DNA of 32,000 nt, taken from contig CBDCZP010000005.1 in assembly GCA_965224605.1 (NCBI GenBank), positions 206,069-238,068 of the forward strand, written 5' to 3'. Shown piece by piece: positions 27,701-32,000 of this stretch (the stretch's first letter is position 1; each line of letters opens with the position of its first letter). Source of the stretch: Thiotrichaceae bacterium. GTDB taxonomy: Bacteria > Pseudomonadota > Gammaproteobacteria > Thiotrichales > Thiotrichaceae. Position numbers and translations under genes: made by a program. The notes beneath the pieces are model-generated. The model searched no databases, was not told the origin of the DNA, and saw only the letters and a program-made list of their open reading frames with translations.

Positions 27701-28855
27701 ACGGATGTTTTATGGGAGATTTCAACCACCCAATCCCCTGATCATCATTCAATATTTGCTAACCACTTGGGTTATAGCCTTCCGAAAGCAAGCGTAATAC
27801 GCATGGCTAATGGAAAATGGGTTGCCATAGTAAGCAACGGTTACAACAGCGAAAGCAATCAAGCGGTTTTGTTTATCATTGACATTGAAACGGGAGAATT
27901 GATTAAAGAGATCAATACAGGTGTTGGCTCAGACATTGATAAGAACGGTCTATCAACACCCACCGCTGTTGATAGTAATGGTGATTCGATCACTGATATT
28001 ATTTACGCGGGCGACTTACTCGGAAACTTATGGGCATTTGATGTCAGCTCTTCTGATCCTGATAATTGGTCAGTTCGCTATAGTGTTGACTCATCCCCCA
28101 TCCCCCTATTCCGTACATGCGAAGATGATGATTGTACAAAACCACAGATCATTACTGCACCTCCCCAAATAGGAAGACATCCCTTGGGTGGATTGATGAT
28201 CTACGTGGGAACAGGAAAGTATTTCGATGTCACAGATAATTATTATGACGGTGCCACTCCTGCTATCAACAGCATTTACGGGCTTCGGGATAATGGCTCA
28301 GCTATTAGCTCTAAGGATCAGCTTGAAGCACAAACCATTCTGGCCGAAATAAACATCAGCGGAACGATAAATAGCCGTGTCACATCCGTAAATACAGTCG
28401 ATTATTCAAGTAAACAAGGTTGGACTATGGATTTACTGAAACCACCTAGCGATACAGCAGAAGGCGAACGCATCATTTCACAAGCCCTGCTGCGCGAAGG
28501 CCGGCTGATATTTACCACTCTGATACCTCCTGAAAATAGTTGTTCTGTCAGTGGTGAAAGCTGGTTGATGGAGTTAAATGCACTCGATGGAAAACGTTTG
28601 GGCGAGATACCGTTTGATACCAATAATGACAAGAGATTTACCGTTGATGATAATGTTGACTATAACGATCAAAGTACCATTATTTCTGGAATACAAGATA
28701 CCTCGTTGGGGGTGATTTTTAGCACCCCTACCATCATTAATCACTCAACGCAGTCTGAAGGTAAATATGTGACGGGTACAAGCGGCACAATAGGTATGTT
28801 TAGAGAATCGGCAAGTCGTATTTCCGGGAGAATGTCCTGGAGGCAATTACGCTAA
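21758..28855 (+). CDS. pilY1: giant modular type IV pilus tip-associated adhesin, PilY1 family (2365 aa)
   Basis: This is a single uninterrupted ORF. A signal peptide is most obvious from the internal Met at 21812 ('[31 protein letters not shown]'). The C-terminal ~640 aa have classic PilY1/PilC propeller motifs: '[11 protein letters not shown]', 'LGDIIHSN', '[27 protein letters not shown]', '[23 protein letters not shown]' and '[25 protein letters not shown]'. It is adjacent to minor pilin genes. The start codon (21758 vs 21812) is uncertain. Confidence 0.85.
   Translation: [2365 protein letters not shown]
21917..23206 (+). repeat. tandem duplication encoding two LamG/concanavalin-A-like lectin domains (period 666 nt = 222 aa)
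   Basis: Copy 1 (~21917-22543) and copy 2 (~22583-23206) are roughly 70-80% identical at DNA level by eye. For example, 'cactggttattaaatgaaggaagtggg' pairs with 'cactggttgttaaatgaagggagtgggg'. The protein motifs are '[14 protein letters not shown]', 'NTLTFDG..DY.NLG', 'DHYWMLST', 'LRFRLKVNG', 'FH.AATYDGS.MRLYKNG.EVGS' and '[8 protein letters not shown].RLY'. Confidence 0.85.
23660..24357 (+). other. fibro-slime / PA14-like domain within the PilY1-family protein
   Basis: The motifs are '[16 protein letters not shown]', 'FNQWFRD', 'FFPLDG', '[45 protein letters not shown]' and '[22 protein letters not shown]'. They match my recollection of the fibro-slime domain family (TIGR02148-type). Confidence 0.6.
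24377..24890 (+). other. GEVED domain copy 1
   Basis: The motifs run 'YDYGDAP...YGEAIH...G.YLG', then the acidic '[16 protein letters not shown]', then '[17 protein letters not shown]', 'YARFRWS', and the terminal 'GEVEDY' (nt 24857-24874). Confidence 0.7.
24891..26355 (+). repeat. two tandem copies of an unrecognised ~245-aa domain (period ~735 nt)
   Basis: Copy 1 reads '[39 protein letters not shown]...[11 protein letters not shown]...[44 protein letters not shown]...[24 protein letters not shown]...[16 protein letters not shown]'. Copy 2 reads '[39 protein letters not shown]...[11 protein letters not shown]...[44 protein letters not shown]...[24 protein letters not shown]...[16 protein letters not shown]'. 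Confidence 0.8.
26356..26850 (+). other. GEVED domain copy 2
   Basis: The motifs are '[15 protein letters not shown]', '[16 protein letters not shown]', '[17 protein letters not shown]', 'YARFRWS' and 'GEVEDY' (nt 26816-26833). Confidence 0.7.
26925..28852 (+). other. PilY1/PilC C-terminal beta-propeller domain with EF-hand-like Ca site
   Basis: See the motifs listed under the CDS. The putative Ca loop 'DSNGDSITD' is at nt 27971-27997. Confidence 0.8.
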
Positions 28856-28882
28856 AGCACTCGCAATGATAATAATAAACTA

Positions 28883-29028
28883 GGCTATTCAATACTAGAA
28901 AAACAGGGACGTAGAATGTGCAAAACGCTAGTGTGCGCATCAATTTCGTACTTGAAAAGATGCGCACGCTTCGCTTTGCACATCCTACAAGTTGTATTTC
29001 TAGCAAAGTTTCATAGTATTGAACAGCC
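28883..29028. repeat. two-tier imperfect inverted repeat (~146 bp) between pilY1 and the minor-pilin genes
   Basis: The outer arms are ggctAttcaatacta (28883-28897) and tagtattgaaCagcc (29014-29028), 14/15 complementary. The inner arms are gtagaatgtgcaaa..gtgcgcatc (28911-28941) and gatgcgcac..tttgcacatcctac (28959-28988), with perfect 9-bp blocks gtgcgcatc/gatgcgcac and atgtgcaaa/tttgcacat. The central loop is ~17 nt. Confidence 0.8.
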
Positions 29029-29067
29029 TTGAATAATAAGCAGGCTATGTTAAATAACCCATTTAAA

Positions 29068-29598
29068 ATGAATAAAAAAACAGGTTTTACCTTAATAGAG
29101 TTAATGGTAACCATCTCAGTGGCTTCCATATTTCTGACGATGTCTGTTCCTTCCATGAAAAAAATGCTACAGCAAAATAAAATCACTGCGCTACATAATC
29201 AATTGTTATCTGCGTTAAGTTTTACCCGCAATAATGCTATTACTAGGGGATCATGGGCTACTTTATGCCACAGCAATGCAGCCCGTACCCGCTGTACGAC
29301 ACCCGATTCTTCGTGGGTTAACGGTTGGATTATTTTTCACGACAAAGATAACGATGGCATAGTCGATAGTAACGAAACGATCTTGACTGCGACCAACAAG
29401 CTACCTGCCAGTATCAATATACTCTCATATAGAAGCAGGATCAGTTATAGCTCGCAAGGTTATGCCGTAGGCTATGCTGGAAAGATCACCTTTTGTGACT
29501 CGCAAAATATTGCCACAAAAAAAGGCATGATCGTCTCCTCAAATGGACGAGTTCGAACCGCTACCTCCAGTGATACATTAGCAACTTGCCCGGATTAA
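29068..29598 (+). CDS. fimU: GspH/FimT/FimU-family type IV minor pilin
   Basis: The prepilin leader and N-terminal helix read 'MNKKTG/FTLIELMVTISVASIFLTMSVPS'. The GspH-like body has 'ALHNQLLSALSFTRNNAITRG' and 'GWIIFHDKDNDGIVDSNE'. The symbol is chosen from its position directly upstream of pilV; fimT is equally possible. Alternative starts are ATG 29047 and TTG 29029. Confidence 0.8.
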   Translation: MNKKTGFTLIELMVTISVASIFLTMSVPSMKKMLQQNKITALHNQLLSALSFTRNNAITRGSWATLCHSNAARTRCTTPDSSWVNGWIIFHDKDNDGIVDSNETILTATNKLPASINILSYRSRISYSSQGYAVGYAGKITFCDSQNIATKKGMIVSSNGRVRTATSSDTLATCPD

Positions 29599-29602
29599 CG
29601 AC

Positions 29603-30109
29603 ATGTACAAAAAATGTAAAAGAAACACGGGTTTTTCACTCATAGAAGCACTGATCACTTTGGTCATTTTATCGTTTAGTTTATTTAGTATCGTCACCTT
29701 ACAGGTTAAAGCTCAACAATTTAGTAATACTGCTCGTTTTACTACACAAGCAACATTACTCGCACACGATATGCTTGAACGAATGCGATCAAACCCGGCA
29801 GGGCTATCATCAGGAAACTACAACCTCCCTAGTGCAACGAAACATATAAATTGTTACACACTAACAGGGTGTATTGCTTCAGATATGGCTGAAAATGATA
29901 TGTATGAATGGGCTGGCAACTCATCGAGTAGTGTTTCACACCGGCTACCTAGTAGTGTTGCAACTGTCTGCGTTGATTCTACTTTTGATGATGGCGAACC
30001 CGACAGTTTTGCTTGTGATAATAGCGGCGATATTTATGCCATAAAAATATGGTGGCTAGATTCAAATGCAGAAGTACAACGTTTTGTAACAACGGTAGCC
30101 TTTAAATAA
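29603..30109 (+). CDS. pilV: type IV pilus minor pilin PilV
   Basis: The N-terminus 'NTG/FSLIEALITLVILSFSLFSIVTLQ' is followed by 'ATLLAHDMLERMRSNP', typical of PilV. The protein is 168 aa. Confidence 0.8.
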   Translation: MYKKCKRNTGFSLIEALITLVILSFSLFSIVTLQVKAQQFSNTARFTTQATLLAHDMLERMRSNPAGLSSGNYNLPSATKHINCYTLTGCIASDMAENDMYEWAGNSSSSVSHRLPSSVATVCVDSTFDDGEPDSFACDNSGDIYAIKIWWLDSNAEVQRFVTTVAFK

Positions 30110-31248
30110 TGGATAGAGTAACCCATAATAGTCAAAAAGGTTTAACCCTGATTGAGCTGATGATTGCCATGCTAGTAGGTTCAATATTATTGATCGGCGT
30201 ATACCAGTTATTCTATTCAAGCAAACAAGCAAATACCCTTCTCACTACCGAAGCTGAAATGCAAGAAAACGCACGTTTCGCTTTTTCTGTGATGACTTCT
30301 GTGCTTCAAGAAGCTGGGAACTTTGGATGCCAATCATCTAGCCTAATGACATTAAACTCGCTAGTAAAAACAACCAGTGATACGTTTCGTCCTTGGCGAT
30401 CCATTGAAGGATGGGAAGCTAGCGGTACCCATTACGGTGAATCCTATACTCCAGACCTAAACTCAAGTGTCGGCCAATCAACAGGACTACATTGGTTAAC
30501 CTCTAACCAAGCCACTAAAGACACAGGAATAAAATCCAAAAGTCATTCCGATATAGTAAAAGTCTGGTATACAAAAAAGAAGAAGAGTTCTCTTTCTACA
30601 ATAAACAATGGTGTTTTAACTTTTCCAGCGCTTAACCTCAAACAAGGTGACATTCTCGTCATCAATGATTGTCAAACCGTCACCTTTGCACAAGTTTGCT
30701 CTTGTGATACCAGTGATTCCATTCCTTGTGATGGAGATGATGGAAAAGCTAATATCTCCCCAGACGCCTGCGGTACGCCAGGTAATTATACGTTCAATCA
30801 CACCAATCTTAATCAGGCAACGACTGAAATCAGCGTATTAGAAGAGGCGATATTTTTTGTTGGAAAACGTTCCGACAGCACCACCGGTTATCAAAGTAAT
30901 GCCCCTTCCTTGTATGTTAAACATTTAGGGAATAACTCAACACCCAGCTCCAAGGAAGAAATACTTGAAGGGGTGGAAAGTCTACAAGTTCTATACGGTC
31001 AAGACACGAACAACAATAATTCGCCTAATTACTATGTGAGTGCCAATCAAATAACGGACTGGACAAAAGTCGTTAGCGTCAGAATTAGCTTATTACTTCG
31101 TTCATTAAAAAATAATATAACGATTGGTACACAGGCGATTAGTTTCAATGGCAACTCCATAAATATAGATTCAGATACATCAGATCGTTATCTACGACGT
31201 GTGTTTACATCCACTATCTCTTTACGGAATAGAAATGTTGGATATTAG
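30109..31248 (+). CDS. pilW: type IV pilus minor pilin/assembly protein PilW
   Basis: The start ATG overlaps the pilV stop (TAATG). The N-terminus is 'QKG/LTLIELMIAMLVGSILLIGVYQLF', followed by 'EAEMQENARFAFSVMTSVLQEAG'. The C-terminus 'RRVFTSTISLRNR' is typical of PilW. The protein is 379 aa. Confidence 0.8.
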   Translation: MDRVTHNSQKGLTLIELMIAMLVGSILLIGVYQLFYSSKQANTLLTTEAEMQENARFAFSVMTSVLQEAGNFGCQSSSLMTLNSLVKTTSDTFRPWRSIEGWEASGTHYGESYTPDLNSSVGQSTGLHWLTSNQATKDTGIKSKSHSDIVKVWYTKKKKSSLSTINNGVLTFPALNLKQGDILVINDCQTVTFAQVCSCDTSDSIPCDGDDGKANISPDACGTPGNYTFNHTNLNQATTEISVLEEAIFFVGKRSDSTTGYQSNAPSLYVKHLGNNSTPSSKEEILEGVESLQVLYGQDTNNNNSPNYYVSANQITDWTKVVSVRISLLLRSLKNNITIGTQAISFNGNSINIDSDTSDRYLRRVFTSTISLRNRNVGY

Positions 31249-31301
31249 ATTAATTGAGATCTTACATGCGCAACTAGATAATTAAAGTACAGAGGTAAAA
31301 A

Positions 31302-31820
31302 ATGAAATCACCAACAAAGCAATCAGGAGCAGTATTAATCCTTAGCCTGATCGTCGTTATTATTTTGTCCCTGCTAGTAACTTCCGCAGTGCAAAGCACA
31401 ATATTACAACAGAAAATGGCCACTAATCTACGTGATAAGGATTTGGCTTTTCAATCAGCTGAAACCTCCCTAAAATCAGGAGAGGGTTTTCTATACAACC
31501 GGCATAGAAATGATCTAGCAGGAACCTTTAGTGGTAATAATGGGCTATATACATTTAGCACATCAGCAGATAATGCAAGAACAAACCTTGATACTGAATC
31601 AAGTTGGGAAAACCTAAGCACCGTTCAATCCCACAACTTATATCAAATCATCTCAAGACCTACTTATATTATCGAAGAATTACCTGAAATTATCGCTCCA
31701 GGTGATAGTCTTACCGTTCCTAGACCTGTTTCAGCCACCTATTATCGGGTTACATCAAAATCTAAAGGTGGAACTGATTCTTCACTGGTCATACTACAAA
31801 GTATTTATAAAAAATTATGA
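31302..31820 (+). CDS. pilX: type IV pilus minor pilin PilX (PilX N-terminal domain)
   Basis: An SD 'agaggtaaaaa' lies upstream. The N-terminus reads 'QSGAVLILSLIVVIILSLLVTSAVQSTILQQKMATNLRDKDLAFQSAETSLKSGE', the characteristic non-cleaved PilX N-terminal pattern ending in A..AAE..L. The position after pilW fits. Confidence 0.75.
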   Translation: MKSPTKQSGAVLILSLIVVIILSLLVTSAVQSTILQQKMATNLRDKDLAFQSAETSLKSGEGFLYNRHRNDLAGTFSGNNGLYTFSTSADNARTNLDTESSWENLSTVQSHNLYQIISRPTYIIEELPEIIAPGDSLTVPRPVSATYYRVTSKSKGGTDSSLVILQSIYKKL

Positions 31821-32000
31821 TGCGACCGATCTTTGCATGAGAGGATAACGAGAGTAAAAGGGCTTTTATTGACACTTATTGTTTGCCTCTTATCTAAGAT
31901 ACGGTACATTAAGGAGTTCTTGCTTCAACATAAATAATAATTAAGATGGATAATCTACAAGACTTACTCTCAACTGAAAAATTCAGGGAATTAATCACCC

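Noticed and set aside
22395-28632. Alternative-frame and antisense ORFs inside pilY1, e.g. 23790-24203 (137 aa), 24485-24778, 27423-27641 and 28402-28632.
   Set aside because: All are nested in a 7.1-kb ORF with clear domain homology in its own frame, and none has start signals or a recognisable family.
28800-29186. 128-aa minus-strand ORF spanning the pilY1 3' end, the inverted repeat and the fimU 5' end.
   Set aside because: It overlaps two well-supported plus-strand genes and a palindromic element, and it has no SD. It is judged spurious.
1-32000. Looked for CRISPR arrays, rRNA, IS elements, transposases, integrases and prophage genes.
   Set aside because: I saw no regularly spaced direct repeats, no rRNA-like sequence, and no ORF with DDE transposase, tyrosine or serine recombinase, or phage structural motifs.
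31946-32000. Possible start of a plus-strand gene (ATG at 31946; MDNLQDLLSTEKFRELIT...) running off the window.
   Set aside because: Only 18 codons are visible, there is no clear SD and no recognisable motif. This is insufficient to call a CDS.

Overview
AT-rich (about 40% GC by eye) bacterial chromosomal window, gammaproteobacterium-like in gene content and order (inference only). I see no rRNA, CRISPR array, transposase or integrase. Positions 1-11.2 kb are ordinary housekeeping genes: a Sel1-repeat protein, a bactofilin with its membrane coiled-coil partner, argC, hemJ, rppH, a HAD-IB hydrolase, a histidine phosphatase, clpS-clpA and a PfkB/adenosine-kinase-like gene. Positions 11.3-16 kb are the most unusual part. 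A DsbA-like gene lies 14 nt upstream of a 799-aa membrane protein, which by motif reading has a 2-TM channel-like N-terminus, degenerate RCK/Rossmann modules, a RyR-domain pair and a C-terminal SLOG/LOG-like module. After a 412-bp very AT-rich spacer comes a TIR-domain protein with a TM helix and a TolA-like Lys/Ala/Glu/Gln-rich tail. TIR plus a SLOG sensor fused to a membrane module follows the logic of Thoeris-type NAD-derived signalling, but I do not recognise this architecture as a described system, so it is my top candidate. Positions 16-21 kb (minus strand) hold a compact wzc / TPR-jelly-roll / O-antigen-ligase-family trio, followed by tRNA-Val(GAC). Positions 21.8-31.8 kb are a type IV pilus minor-pilin locus in an unusual order. 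A giant 2365-aa PilY1-type protein comes first, carrying 2x LamG, a fibro-slime/PA14-like domain, two GEVED domains flanking two copies of an unrecognised ~245-aa domain, and a PilY1 propeller. It is followed by fimT/U-pilV-pilW-pilX, with a two-tier ~146-bp inverted repeat in between. All domain calls come from motifs read by eye; no profile searches were run.
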